A stretch of 64,000 nucleotides of DNA, from contig OZ218953.1 of NCBI GenBank assembly GCA_965112735.1, positions 4,030,001-4,094,000 on the forward strand. Reading direction: 5' to 3'. Position 1 is the first letter of the stretch; the number at the start of each line of letters is the position of its first letter. Under the pieces are notes generated by a model, which was given only the letters and a program-made list of their open reading frames with translations, was not told the DNA's origin and did no database searches. The stretch comes from Phaeosaccion multiseriatum. Lineage: Eukaryota; Protista; Ochrophyta, other classes. The position numbers and the translations under genes were made by a program. Below are positions 63,950-64,000 of this stretch, one piece after another.

Positions 63950-64000
63950 GGCCGAGGCTGATTCGGATGCTCTGGTTCTCACAAGCACCACAAAAGACGC

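Overview
Eukaryotic, intron-rich, GC-rich nuclear DNA from a photosynthetic stramenopile (ochrophyte-type alga). This is inferred from an LHC/FCP gene and a FAM210-like gene with bipartite plastid presequences, and from EsV-1-7 repeats. The first ~45 kb is gene-dense, with 16 genes, 12 of them in head-to-head pairs: PFK, TRIP4, a small acylated ORF, RPB7, DUF3605, an EcKL/APH kinase, LHC, MUS81, an ABCB half-transporter with a degenerate NBD, a winged-helix/RRM protein, PLAC8, an EsV-1-7 repeat protein, a Rab5-group GTPase, organellar IF2, FAM210/DUF1279 and SPG1/TEM1. At ~45.2 kb the sequence switches abruptly to a repeat/pseudogene block. It holds a deletion-riddled ARP3 pseudogene with an intronic 31-bp satellite, two foldback elements sharing TGTT(A/G)GAAG termini (one a palindrome built of palindromes) on either side of an intron-containing tRNA-Ile(UAU), a Q/E-rich ORF between 49-bp direct repeats, and a large spliced ORF with unrecognised repeated domains and a minisatellite open in two frames. 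Exon structures were assembled by eye. Family calls rest on motif recognition, not database searches.
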